Positions 9,020-18,791 of a stretch of 64,000 nt of DNA are shown piece after piece (within the stretch, counting starts at the first letter, position 1; each line of letters starts with the position of its first letter). The notes below the pieces were generated by a model, which did not search any database, had not been told where the DNA came from, and saw nothing but the letters and a program-made list of their open reading frames with translations. Source of the stretch: a virus. A program made the translations under genes and the position numbers. The stretch covers positions 96,001 through 160,000 of IMG/VR virus record IMGVR_UViG_3300010885_055964; one strand, written 5' to 3'.

Positions 9020-9093
9020 TTCGCATCGCATCTTGCGTTCTTGTTCAACAGTCGTCTCAGATCGGGTCGAAGATCCTAAGAAGGAGTGATCAG

Positions 9094-9357
9094 ATGGTAA
9101 AAGCTCAAAAGTCACATGTCATCAGAGTCTATAACAATAGTAAGCAGCTAATCCAGCTTCATATGAGGCCACCAGGAGGTGATTTTTTCACCAATGAATC
9201 ACAGGTCAGAATATTACCGGGTATGGAAGTATTGTTACCAAAGACACATTGCAGACAAGATCAATTAGATAATCTGTCAAAAAAGGGTTTCATTAAGATC
9301 ATCTATGACAGTCAAGCTGTAGCTGATAGACAAGAAGCAGCAATAAACGGAAATTGA
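9094..9357 (+). CDS. Hypothetical small protein
   Basis: SD AAGGAG; 87 aa; no recognised motif. Confidence 0.6.
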   Translation: MVKAQKSHVIRVYNNSKQLIQLHMRPPGGDFFTNESQVRILPGMEVLLPKTHCRQDQLDNLSKKGFIKIIYDSQAVADRQEAAINGN

Positions 9358-9409
9358 CAACGTCAAAAATAAGTGTAGAAGCCAACCTAGAGGGATGGAG
9401 TAATAAAAG

Positions 9410-12268
9410 ATGGCAGTATACTTAAGTCCAGGTGTCTTTCCTCGTGAGATAGACCTGAGCGTTCTTCCTACAGCCATTGGCCCGCTGAGGCCCGCTTTCA
9501 TAGGGACAGCCAATAAAGGCCCTATGAATGAACCTAGACTGGTGAGCAATGCTACACAAGCATTGGAGACATTCGGTGAACCGAAGTCAGACAGCTATTT
9601 GATGTATGCAGTATTGGCTTACCTTGAGGAAGGTAACGCTGCCTATGTCATGCGAGTTGGTGTAGAGTTAGAGGAAGGCCAGCCTACCGAATTGTCTGAC
9701 ATATGCATCGATACATCAGGTGGTCGTGTGCAAGGTTGGGGTCGTATCCCACTGTTCACTGGCATTGACTATGGCCGTATAAACCTTAGACGAGTTGGTG
9801 ATGGCACTAATGGAGTATTGCCTTTAGATTTTCATCCGGCATCAACCTCATCTGTCGTTTACAATGATGCCGATTTGTCTGGCACCAATGGTCCGACGTC
9901 TGCTAGTGGCACTGTCTCAGGCACCTATACTGGTGACATTGACGATTCTTGGGTTATGGTAATAACGGGAGCACCAGACTCAGGTGAGTCTCTGGTGGGT
10001 GCGACATACGAAATTGTTCGTAACAGCGACGGTGTTATAGTAGCGCTGGGTACACTCGCTGATGCTAATAACAATGGTACATCTGACTCGATATCCATTG
10101 GCGATGGCCTGTCAGTGACAGTTACAGTCGCGTCTGGAGAGTTAGATGAAAACGATACTTTGACGTGGGGTGCAGCACCAGATAATAGAGATTTGGAAGT
10201 CTCTGTGGAAGGTGCATCACCTAACTCGTACACGATGCCGACTGCCACCTACACTTCAGTGACTGACTTCGTAGATGCAGCTAACGCATTACTGTCAGGT
10301 GAAGATTACTTGTTCATTGAGTATACATTAGATGACGGTGAGACAGTAATCCCTCAGATTATTACCACCATCGCTGGTGATAGAGTCCAACTGGCTGGTT
10401 CTGCTGCCTTTGCTCTGGAAGTAGGAACCAGACAGTACGCATGGGATATACCCCGTGGATATCTGTTAGGTCTTGATTCTGGTCCGCATAACATCACGAC
10501 CCAGAACAACAGGGTCAAAATCAATATGATAGGAGAGAGCAGCACTACAGAGGTAGTGTTCAATCTGCCTGTCGGCTTGAGCCAGACGACCGAGTCACTG
10601 GCATCGGTAATAGATGCTGCCGGGGTGGTAGCTGGAGAGGTGTTGTGGAACTCGTACGCACTAACTGTGCCAGGTAATGAATCACATCTGGTGATTGAGG
10701 CATCAGTAGGCAGACAGTCTAATACAATCCAGCTTAAGTCAGATTATTCGAACCTACGGACGTTAAGGTTTGCCGAGCAAGTCAACATACCTTATCCTTA
10801 CCGTAAGTCTTACCGAGGATATAACGACGGTAGAGTCTCTTTGCCAGAAGCTGGCGAGAATGATCCGGCTACCCCTTTGTCATGTGAAACCGATCCTCTT
10901 GCTTCAGATTGTGCTGCTGACGCTGCTTATTTTTCTAACATAGTTGGATGGTTAGTAGCACCAACTCCAGGTACGTGGGTCGGCGGATATTCGGCCTCGC
11001 TTGAGGTATTTACTGATGGTGTTGGTGACACCTCCGGCAGATACACGTTAGCCATCAAGGACCGTAACAACCAGCCAGTGGATGTGGTCAGAGATATCAC
11101 TTTTGATAAGAGGGACGCACGCTATATTGGTAACGTGGTTAATCCTGGTACGAGTCTTGGCGGGACTAACGGTAATGCGTGGATCAATTGGGAAGAGAGA
11201 CCTGCTTTCCTTGCAAACAATATCAATGACCAGGCCACGTTTGAGGTAAGACTGCCTTCAGCTTTTAACAAGAAGTCATTCGTTGGACAGGCCGACGGCA
11301 TTCCTTACGATCCGGCGTTCTCGTCAGAGTTGGATTCTGCAGTAATCGGTAACCCAGCATTGGCTACCGGTATCTATGCCTTCCAGAATCCAGAGGCTTT
11401 GGATATCAATTTGCTGCTAACTCCTGGTTTTTCGACTGGTGCTGTCATCGGCACTGCATTGCAAATGTGTGAAAGCCGAGGCGATGTACTTTACATAGTT
11501 GATCCTCCATTCGGTCTCAGGCCTCAGCAGGTAGTTGACTGGCACAATGGGATGTTACTGTCCGACTTGAAAGCAGCCGTTAATAGCAGTTATGGTGCTC
11601 TTTATTGGGGTTGGATACGGTACTTTGACCAGTTTGCCTCTGAAGAAATCTGGATCCCGCCAAGTGGCCACGTAGCAGGCGTCTTTAGCCGCACGGCTAG
11701 AGAAGCTGAGCAATGGTTCGCACCTGCTGGCTTGCGGCGTGGTAAACTGTTGACTGCACTAGATGTAGAATACTCGCCCACGCAGGGAGAGAGAGACCTA
11801 CTGTACGGCTCTGGTAATGCAGTAAACCCGATCGTCAAGTTCCCCCAGGATGGCATCACGGTCTGGGGTCAGCGGACTCTGCAGAGATCTGAGTCAGCGA
11901 CTGGACGAGTAAACGTCAGGATGCTTTTGATCGGTATCAAGAAGAATCTGACGCGGCTGCTGCGAAACTTCATCTATGAGCCGAATGACAGAATCCTTTG
12001 GCGGCAGGTATTGGCGACTGTTGATCCATACCTTGGAGACATCCAGTCTCGTCGCGGGTTGACCGCTTACAAGGTGATTGTTGACGAGACGAATAATACA
12101 CCTGAGCGAATCGATCGTAATGAGTTGTGGGTGTCAGTGTTCCTCAAGCCAACGCGGGCTGTCGAATTCGTCGTACTGAATCTTGTAACACTCCGTACTG
12201 GTGCGAGCTTCTCGGCTGAGGAAGTCTTGGCAGCTGGCGGTATCGTAACTGGGGCTACAGCCGAGTAA
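9410..12268 (+). CDS. gp18: Contractile tail sheath protein
   Basis: YLSPGVFPREID N-terminus; PPSGHVAG, WFAPAGLRRG, VNPIV, WGQRTL, RVNVR.LL and VDETNNTP..ID motifs. Confidence 0.97.
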   Translation: MAVYLSPGVFPREIDLSVLPTAIGPLRPAFIGTANKGPMNEPRLVSNATQALETFGEPKSDSYLMYAVLAYLEEGNAAYVMRVGVELEEGQPTELSDICIDTSGGRVQGWGRIPLFTGIDYGRINLRRVGDGTNGVLPLDFHPASTSSVVYNDADLSGTNGPTSASGTVSGTYTGDIDDSWVMVITGAPDSGESLVGATYEIVRNSDGVIVALGTLADANNNGTSDSISIGDGLSVTVTVASGELDENDTLTWGAAPDNRDLEVSVEGASPNSYTMPTATYTSVTDFVDAANALLSGEDYLFIEYTLDDGETVIPQIITTIAGDRVQLAGSAAFALEVGTRQYAWDIPRGYLLGLDSGPHNITTQNNRVKINMIGESSTTEVVFNLPVGLSQTTESLASVIDAAGVVAGEVLWNSYALTVPGNESHLVIEASVGRQSNTIQLKSDYSNLRTLRFAEQVNIPYPYRKSYRGYNDGRVSLPEAGENDPATPLSCETDPLASDCAADAAYFSNIVGWLVAPTPGTWVGGYSASLEVFTDGVGDTSGRYTLAIKDRNNQPVDVVRDITFDKRDARYIGNVVNPGTSLGGTNGNAWINWEERPAFLANNINDQATFEVRLPSAFNKKSFVGQADGIPYDPAFSSELDSAVIGNPALATGIYAFQNPEALDINLLLTPGFSTGAVIGTALQMCESRGDVLYIVDPPFGLRPQQVVDWHNGMLLSDLKAAVNSSYGALYWGWIRYFDQFASEEIWIPPSGHVAGVFSRTAREAEQWFAPAGLRRGKLLTALDVEYSPTQGERDLLYGSGNAVNPIVKFPQDGITVWGQRTLQRSESATGRVNVRMLLIGIKKNLTRLLRNFIYEPNDRILWRQVLATVDPYLGDIQSRRGLTAYKVIVDETNNTPERIDRNELWVSVFLKPTRAVEFVVLNLVTLRTGASFSAEEVLAAGGIVTGATAE

Positions 12269-12283
12269 CAACGGGAGTCAAAG

Positions 12284-12862
12284 ATGCCAGGTTTTAACAT
12301 CAACGGTAGTGGTGGCCAGAATAATAACTCGCCAGCACACACTGTCGAAGTGCGTCGTAAGCACCGTTGGCACTTCGAGACACTAGGTCGCGGAACGGGT
12401 AACTGGTCGCAGACAGAGCTATTGATGCTCCAGTCTGCTTCACGTCCAAGTTTCAAGCTTGAAGAGCCGGAAATGCACCACAACCAAGAGATAGTGCGTT
12501 TTGCTGGCAAACAGAGTTGGGAGCCAGTTACTCTCAAGTGGTATGATGGTGAGCAGAATCCAGACATATCTAAGGGGATATATCACTGGATTGAGACTGT
12601 GGTGAATATGCAGTCGATCCAAGTCGCTCACCCACGTAATTATAAGAAGCAAGCATCATTGGTAGTGACTGATGGTACTGGTCAGACCAATGAGCGGTGG
12701 TCAATGTATGGCACATGGCCCACCGCAGTCAACTGGCAAGAGCTGGATTATTCAGCGACAGAATTGTTGACGTGCGAAGCCACCATGAGATACGATAGAG
12801 CGGTTAGAGACTGTGTCCAGTCCCCAGGGCCACGGACCATATCTCCAAGCTGCCCTAATTGA
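12284..12862 (+). CDS. gp19: Tail tube protein (probably the major tube)
   Basis: Directly after the sheath; SASRPSF...E, AGK..WEP..L, YG.WP..VNW.ELDY and RYDRA motifs. Confidence 0.88.
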   Translation: MPGFNINGSGGQNNNSPAHTVEVRRKHRWHFETLGRGTGNWSQTELLMLQSASRPSFKLEEPEMHHNQEIVRFAGKQSWEPVTLKWYDGEQNPDISKGIYHWIETVVNMQSIQVAHPRNYKKQASLVVTDGTGQTNERWSMYGTWPTAVNWQELDYSATELLTCEATMRYDRAVRDCVQSPGPRTISPSCPN

Positions 12863-12893
12863 TTTGGTTATCGCGATTACCATCAAACACAAA

Positions 12894-12927
12894 GAAAAGG
12901 CCCCGCATTTAATGCTGGGCCTTTTCT
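12894..12927 (+). terminator. Rho-independent terminator, possibly bidirectional
   Basis: GAAAAGGCCC-C-GCA-TTTAA-TGC-T-GGGCCTTTTC inverted repeat with A and T tails, after the first tube gene. Confidence 0.8.
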
Positions 12928-12940
12928 ATAGGTGAACAAT

Positions 12941-13567
12941 ATGCCAGGATTCAATATAGCTACTGATAAAGCCATCAATTGTCCGGCCAACGACAGTAAT
13001 TTAACTAATACGCCAATATATCAAGGGCCTTCATATACTGAAGAAACAGCGAGGAGCTATAGATATAAGCTTGAAGTGTTAGAGCCATTAGGAACTACTA
13101 CAGGAAACGGAATATTGTTGTTTCTCGAGAAATGTACAAGACCCACACCTGAGGTAGATGAGATAGTAATACATAGTGGGCAGGATGAGATTATTAGACC
13201 AGGTAAAAACAGATGGAGTCCGATCGAATTTACTTTCTATGAGAAGCTGTCAGGAGCAGCCTCAGAAGATGGTGGATCCCCAATAGATTCCGTAGCAGAA
13301 AAGATCTACGAATGGTGGGGGTCTTCTATGATAGATTTAAAAACCTCATCGCACCGCCCAGTAACCGATTACTATAAAAGAGCTGAATTATCTATGAAGG
13401 ACGGATATGGTAATGATGTGTGGACATACTATCTGTATGATTGCTGGCCTGTTAAGGTCACACCAGGTAATCTAGATTATGCTGATAGTCAGATTGCCCG
13501 TATAACTGTGACATTGAGATATAATAAAGCACAAGAGCAGAAGAATAGTCATTCCAATACTATTTAA
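12941..13567 (+). CDS. Tail tube protein paralogue 2 (gp19 family)
   Basis: Starts MPGF like tube 1; CTRP.PE.DEI, PGK..WSPI.FTF, LYDCWP.K..PG.LDY and LRYNKA motifs. Confidence 0.8.
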   Translation: MPGFNIATDKAINCPANDSNLTNTPIYQGPSYTEETARSYRYKLEVLEPLGTTTGNGILLFLEKCTRPTPEVDEIVIHSGQDEIIRPGKNRWSPIEFTFYEKLSGAASEDGGSPIDSVAEKIYEWWGSSMIDLKTSSHRPVTDYYKRAELSMKDGYGNDVWTYYLYDCWPVKVTPGNLDYADSQIARITVTLRYNKAQEQKNSHSNTI

Positions 13568-13577
13568 GGAACAGAAT

Positions 13578-14126
13578 ATGCCAGGTTTTAGAGTGAGCGG
13601 TATATCAGGGACATTCGGCGGAGCTGAGAAGCAAGCTGCTACCGCCGGTCCACCATCGACTCGCGACTATCATTATTCATACACATGGCAAGTGTTGGAA
13701 CTAGTGGGCAATTATGAATATCTATTAATCACCACTATCAAGGATATAACATTACCTACATTTACAGTGACCACAGAAACCGCACAGGGTGCGAGTCTAG
13801 AATATAAGTTCGCCAAGAGTGTGTCATACGATGATGTAAAGGTAACCTTTTATGATACAGTAGGATTATTGGCTAAGATGAAGGAATGGAGGATGTCAGT
13901 ATGGACACCACAGCAAGGATTAAAAGTGGCTAATGAATATAAGAAAAACTCAAGGATTAATGTGTTCACGCCAGAATGGGTAGCTGATAAACAGCAAAAC
14001 TTTACATTATATGGTTCTTGGCCATCGGTAATAAGACATGGCGAATTAACTTACGCCAATAGCGACGTGAAAATAGTAGAAGCGACTATAACATACGACT
14101 GGGCTGAAGAACAGCCGTCTGTATAA
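13578..14126 (+). CDS. Tail tube protein paralogue 3 (gp19 family)
   Basis: Starts MPGF; ITLPTF, V.YDDV.VTFYD, LYGSWPS.I..GEL.Y and TITYDW motifs. Confidence 0.78.
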   Translation: MPGFRVSGISGTFGGAEKQAATAGPPSTRDYHYSYTWQVLELVGNYEYLLITTIKDITLPTFTVTTETAQGASLEYKFAKSVSYDDVKVTFYDTVGLLAKMKEWRMSVWTPQQGLKVANEYKKNSRINVFTPEWVADKQQNFTLYGSWPSVIRHGELTYANSDVKIVEATITYDWAEEQPSV

Positions 14127-14201
14127 GAGTATAATGTAAATCAGAGCGTTGTAGGTAAGTATATATCCACGAGTCTACAGAAAATAATCGCAGAGGACGT
14201 T

Positions 14202-15302
14202 ATGGCAGACACTCCAGATGGGATTACCCCGGCTGATTTAGCTGGCAAGAAGATGCCTAATGAAGAACTACTAGATATAGGCTCGAATATAAAGCCGATA
14301 TCTAGTACTTCCAGTGCCGATAGATCGCAGAACAATAGCGATCAGGATGGTGGTACTAAAAATCACATGGAACAGCATGTGGCAGACCTACATAATGTAG
14401 CTGCTCCAGGAGATAATGTAGATGATTTTTTAGATAAATTATTACAGACTCCTGCTAATCAATTAATACCATGGGAAAATTGCTGGCTGCCTAGCAAAGG
14501 GCTTTACTACGATGGTGACTGGGACAATGGCCTAGTTAAGGTCAGGGCCATGGGCCAAACAGCAGAGAAGATATTGGCTACACAACGATTGGCTAAGTCT
14601 GGCCAATCAATAGATATGTTATTTAATGAATGTTGTCAATTTCCCGAAGGTTTCGATCCTATCAATCTGCTGTTAGGTGATCGTGTCTTCTTGTTGTACT
14701 TCTTACGTGGCATTACCCACGGTAACATTTATGAGTTCGCTTTCACATGCCCGAATGAAGAGTGCCAGAAGGTCTCTACGCATGCTTACGATTTGAACGA
14801 GCTGGCAGACACAATTACTTGGGCAGATCCTTCTTTGGGTAATGAACCGTTCAGGGTCGATTTACCATACTTGAGTAAGGCTACAGGAAGAGATGTGTGG
14901 GTAGGGGTTCGCTACTTGCGGGCGTACGATGCTAATGATCTTTTGGCTAAGAGGAAAGCCAAGGATAAGATGAAGGTAAAACCTGGAAATACGGTCCGAA
15001 CTCGAGGGCAGAGTGTCGCCAATTTCAGTAGAAATCAGCAACAAAGTGGGCAGTTAGATGATGCATTAACTGATAACCTCGAGAAAGTGATAGTGAGTGT
15101 GATGGGGTCGCAAGATCCCTTTAAGATTAGGCAATTCGTTCACCAAATGCACGCACAGGACACATCAACTGTAAGAGAATGGTTAAGAGAGCGTACTCCA
15201 GGTATCGATAACACAGTCATAGTCGGGTGCCCCGACTGTAACGCAGACCATACGGTGGAGCTTCCGATTACGGAGGCATTTTTTCGCCCGTCAAAGCGTT
15301 GA
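14202..15302 (+). CDS. Baseplate hub/tail assembly chaperone (T4 gp26-like)
   Basis: LPSKG.YY, V.VRAM...EKIL, two CxxC/CPxxxC zinc motifs (CPNEEC, CPDC) and a C-terminal PI..AFFRP. Confidence 0.7.
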   Translation: MADTPDGITPADLAGKKMPNEELLDIGSNIKPISSTSSADRSQNNSDQDGGTKNHMEQHVADLHNVAAPGDNVDDFLDKLLQTPANQLIPWENCWLPSKGLYYDGDWDNGLVKVRAMGQTAEKILATQRLAKSGQSIDMLFNECCQFPEGFDPINLLLGDRVFLLYFLRGITHGNIYEFAFTCPNEECQKVSTHAYDLNELADTITWADPSLGNEPFRVDLPYLSKATGRDVWVGVRYLRAYDANDLLAKRKAKDKMKVKPGNTVRTRGQSVANFSRNQQQSGQLDDALTDNLEKVIVSVMGSQDPFKIRQFVHQMHAQDTSTVREWLRERTPGIDNTVIVGCPDCNADHTVELPITEAFFRPSKR

Positions 15303-15330
15303 GGAATACGAAAAGCATTGGGCGTCTTTA

Positions 15331-15540
15331 ATGGAACAGCAGTTCCAATTAAAGCATTATGGTAAATTAAGTCTTTTTGAACAAAACCAGATGCCCGCTG
15401 AAGAACGTGCATGGTGGATGAGGCGATTGGATAGAGAATTCAAAGAGCGAAAAGAGAGGGAAGAAGCCCAAAGTAGGTCTGTTCCCAGGCCGAGCACTCC
15501 CTCTAAACCAAATATATCCATGCCGTCTATGAGACGATAA
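15331..15540 (+). CDS. Short tail chaperone partner (T4 gp51-like); may be translated as a frameshift fusion with the upstream gene
   Basis: QF.L.HY.K.SL.E...M...ER.W....L pattern; no well-spaced SD; the frame is open from 15223 with no start codon before 15331. Confidence 0.6.
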   Translation: MEQQFQLKHYGKLSLFEQNQMPAEERAWWMRRLDREFKERKEREEAQSRSVPRPSTPSKPNISMPSMRR

Positions 15541-15609
15541 TAATAGTCTCTATGTGATCATCTTGTCGACCAAATATAAGAGTATGGGGTCAGACAGGAG
15601 ACTTGACAC

Positions 15610-16443
15610 ATGAATAGTACGGGCCAAAATACTTTCCCAAGAATATCGGCCCGGCGTGGACAAGTAGTCGATCTGAATATCGATTTTTTACGTAATGGCA
15701 TACTTACCGACCCTTATGCAATTAGACGAGTCGAGATATATAAAACATCTATCGCTCCACATAATCTAATGGTGACTATCCCGATAGTAGGGATAGATCA
15801 AACAGATTATCCATCACCTCTACTTCCAACAGAGGATACAAACGGCAATGTGATATCTGGAAGCTATCATCTACACTACGCTATACCAGAAGATTTCCTA
15901 GCGCCTGACGTCTATTTTGATCTGTGGTATTATTTCGCCGACGACCCTATCGGTCATATGGGTACGGAAGTCAATCTAACTGAAGCTGACATAGACGATG
16001 ATAAGTATTCTAGTTTGTTGCTGAAGTCCTGCAATAGATTTTGGGTTTATCCAGATGGATGGTTTACTAGCGACGGTCTACAGACTGTGCGTTTTGGGTT
16101 TGAGCCACTCGATCAGAGATTCTACACACCAGAGAAGAGGCCATTAGAGATAGGACTAATGCCATTACCTCTATATGATTATAATTATAACTTAGTAAAC
16201 CCTCTTATACCATTTCTGACACCAAGCATATCTATAGAAACACAACATTGTGAGCTGTTAGTTGACAACGCTCCTGCAAGGATCGGAATAAGACAGGGGT
16301 CATACAGATCCAATCCTTGGGTTATCCAATATGATTTGGACACTTCTGCCTTTTTGAAGGGCACATACCGATATTCAATCAAATTATCGTTGCCCGATGG
16401 TTCGACTAGGGTTAGCCGTAAATTCATTTTGACAATCAGTTAA
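15610..16443 (+). CDS. Hypothetical beta-rich protein, possibly virion-associated
   Basis: SD CAGGAG; 277 aa; coupled to the PAS gene (TAATG). Confidence 0.6.
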   Translation: MNSTGQNTFPRISARRGQVVDLNIDFLRNGILTDPYAIRRVEIYKTSIAPHNLMVTIPIVGIDQTDYPSPLLPTEDTNGNVISGSYHLHYAIPEDFLAPDVYFDLWYYFADDPIGHMGTEVNLTEADIDDDKYSSLLLKSCNRFWVYPDGWFTSDGLQTVRFGFEPLDQRFYTPEKRPLEIGLMPLPLYDYNYNLVNPLIPFLTPSISIETQHCELLVDNAPARIGIRQGSYRSNPWVIQYDLDTSAFLKGTYRYSIKLSLPDGSTRVSRKFILTIS

Positions 16444-16997
16444 TGGATGGAAAAATGATAACAAAAGCTATTGATTTCGGTCCGACTAAGTTGGGCAGAA
16501 TCAGACAACTGACTGAGGAACTCAATTCGGACGAGTTAGCTATTCATTTATTCTTTAATCTAGCTCCTGATTTGTTTTGTATAGCAGACAGTATGGGTTA
16601 CATGAGGAAGATTAACCATGCATGGAAATTGATGTTGGGCTGGTCTGAGGAAGAGCTAACTAGAAAGCCATTAATCGAATTCATACATGCCCATGATGTA
16701 GCCAAGACTAAACAAATAATTGCTAAGATGGTAAGTCATGACATCATAAGATTCCACAATAGGATAAAAAGAAAGCCTGGTTCAGTGAATAGAATCAATG
16801 ACCCGAGTGGTAGCTGTGCAGGTGGCGACGATTATGTGGTTTTAGAGTGGAGTGCGACTGCATGGCATAATGATTTAACATATGCTGTGGCCAGACAGGT
16901 ACCAGTGAGTTGCCTAACATGTCCAGACGCACAAAATCGTTATGGTTGGCTACATCGAAGCATCGGCATGAACGGATCGAAGACTAATGTCCAATGA
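16443..16997 (+). CDS. Stand-alone PAS-domain protein
   Basis: FFNLAPDLFCIAD..GY...IN.AW...LGWSEEEL...P..EFIH..D...T, then LEWSA...YAVAR: the canonical bacterial PAS/PAC signature. Confidence 0.85.
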   Translation: MDGKMITKAIDFGPTKLGRIRQLTEELNSDELAIHLFFNLAPDLFCIADSMGYMRKINHAWKLMLGWSEEELTRKPLIEFIHAHDVAKTKQIIAKMVSHDIIRFHNRIKRKPGSVNRINDPSGSCAGGDDYVVLEWSATAWHNDLTYAVARQVPVSCLTCPDAQNRYGWLHRSIGMNGSKTNVQ

Positions 16998-17379
16998 GCC
17001 GATAATACATGACTGGACAGAGTACAAAAGATTGGTTTTATCAGAGCTTGAGAGACTGAATCAGGCTGTGGAAAAACTGAAGGATCAATGTGTAGAAACT
17101 CAGACATTATTACATTTTGAAATAACCAAAGTCAAGGAATCATTGAACCAGAGGATAAGTGACCTTGATAGAAGTCATCCTACTAATATAGAGATCGAAC
17201 AATTCAAACGTGAATTGGATGAATTAGATAGCAAGTTTTTGGTATACAAGGAAGAGCAACAGGTAGAGACATTTGTCGCTCACCGATGGGAATTTTGGGC
17301 AGCAGTAATATCGATAGTCGGATCTTTAATAGTGTCGGTCACTAGTTTAATAATAACACTGTTGGGAAGTAAACCATAA
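16987..17379 (+). CDS. Coiled-coil protein with a C-terminal transmembrane helix
   Basis: Heptad-rich N-terminus (WTEYKRLVLSELERLNQAVEKLK); hydrophobic tail FWAAVISIVGSLIVSVTSLIITLL. Confidence 0.7.
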   Translation: MSNEPIIHDWTEYKRLVLSELERLNQAVEKLKDQCVETQTLLHFEITKVKESLNQRISDLDRSHPTNIEIEQFKRELDELDSKFLVYKEEQQVETFVAHRWEFWAAVISIVGSLIVSVTSLIITLLGSKP

Positions 17380-17399
17380 TCGTATTAGAATAGCACATA

Positions 17400-18539
17400 A
17401 TGGTGCTATTGGTGGAAAAATATCATAGTTTTCGAACAAAAACAGGTAAAGGATGGAGGCAGATTCCATCAGACAAGATAGTCGCATGGATAGAGAAGAA
17501 TTTCGATTATAAGACGAGAAAGGATGGCTCAGAATATACAATATGTGATCCTTTTTCTGGTGATAGCAAATATAAATTTAATATAAATCCCGAAAATGGA
17601 GTATGTCATTCTTGGCATGGGGATGAGTGGGCAGGGCCGGTAAATCCAAAAACCGGTAAGCGTAACTGCTCAGTGGTTAATTTCGTCAAAACATTTAAAA
17701 AGTGTTCGTATAGACAAGCATTAGCGGAACTACTAGGTGACACCGAAGATATCTCGCAGTTCTTGAAATCAGATGGTAGAATAAATGGATTAGAAAAAGC
17801 AAGATCTGTAACAGTAGCACTGCCTGATGGCGTTGAAATATTATCGACATCACAAGATAAACAAGCATCAGCATTAAGACAATGGCTAAAATCTAGAGGA
17901 TATATAGAGAAAGACATAGAAAAGGCGGAGTTATATTATCTAGGTATGGATGTATATTGGCCTTACTTTGAATTCGAGGAATTAGTTTATTGGCAATCTA
18001 GATCAAGATTGAATAAAAGGTTCGAGTTTCCTCCTATCGAAGTCTTCGACAAGCAGGGAAATGTAATAGGTAAAACGATAGGCTCAAAAGGCGATTATCT
18101 ATACGGATTTGATAATGTAGAGATGGCATCATATTTGATAATAACAGAAGCGATATTCGACCAAAACACATTGGGCATACAATGTGTAGCATCAGGCGGA
18201 TGTGATCTTACAGCGAATCAAATAAATAAGATAAAAATATTGGGTCCTAAAAAAGGCGTTATCCTATCACCAGATAATGATAATGCAGGAATAAGTAGCA
18301 TAATACGTAATCGTAATTTATTAGAACCATTACAGGTGCCACTATTTTACAGTATACCACCCAAGTTACCATACACGATTAATGGAGAAACGAAACATAC
18401 CAAAGACTGGAATGAGATTGGAGAAAAGGTGGTCGGATTCGAAAGAGTGAGAGATTTACATGATCAAGGTATTAAAAAATTAACACTGCGTGAAGTTATT
18501 AAAATAAAAAGACTGCTCCCAAGAGGAAAATCCAGATGA
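17400..18539 (+). CDS. DNA primase (DnaG/gp61-like, TOPRIM)
   Basis: N-terminal metal-binding region (CDPF...CHSWH), L..RG, YWQSR, LYG.D, ITEAIFD and DND.AG TOPRIM motifs. Confidence 0.85.
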   Translation: MVLLVEKYHSFRTKTGKGWRQIPSDKIVAWIEKNFDYKTRKDGSEYTICDPFSGDSKYKFNINPENGVCHSWHGDEWAGPVNPKTGKRNCSVVNFVKTFKKCSYRQALAELLGDTEDISQFLKSDGRINGLEKARSVTVALPDGVEILSTSQDKQASALRQWLKSRGYIEKDIEKAELYYLGMDVYWPYFEFEELVYWQSRSRLNKRFEFPPIEVFDKQGNVIGKTIGSKGDYLYGFDNVEMASYLIITEAIFDQNTLGIQCVASGGCDLTANQINKIKILGPKKGVILSPDNDNAGISSIIRNRNLLEPLQVPLFYSIPPKLPYTINGETKHTKDWNEIGEKVVGFERVRDLHDQGIKKLTLREVIKIKRLLPRGKSR

Positions 18540-18775
18540 AATGGGTATTGATAGATGACGAGTCCTACAAAGGACTTGGTGGATCTGATTCCGAGCACCA
18601 AATACAGACATATGCCTTTATGATAGATGGCATCGGGTGTATCGTGTTGGTTAAGACTATGACTAGTAGCTCTACTACATTCGTCACTGGAACAAAGATA
18701 GTCGACAATAAACTAGTTATAATGGATGGATATAGATATATGCCTGAAGATGTCTGGCCCCACCCTACGGTATGA
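18536..18775 (+). CDS. Hypothetical protein
   Basis: ATGA coupling to the primase gene; 79 aa. Confidence 0.55.
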   Translation: MKWVLIDDESYKGLGGSDSEHQIQTYAFMIDGIGCIVLVKTMTSSSTTFVTGTKIVDNKLVIMDGYRYMPEDVWPHPTV

Positions 18776-18791
18776 AATTAAATAGTCAGTA

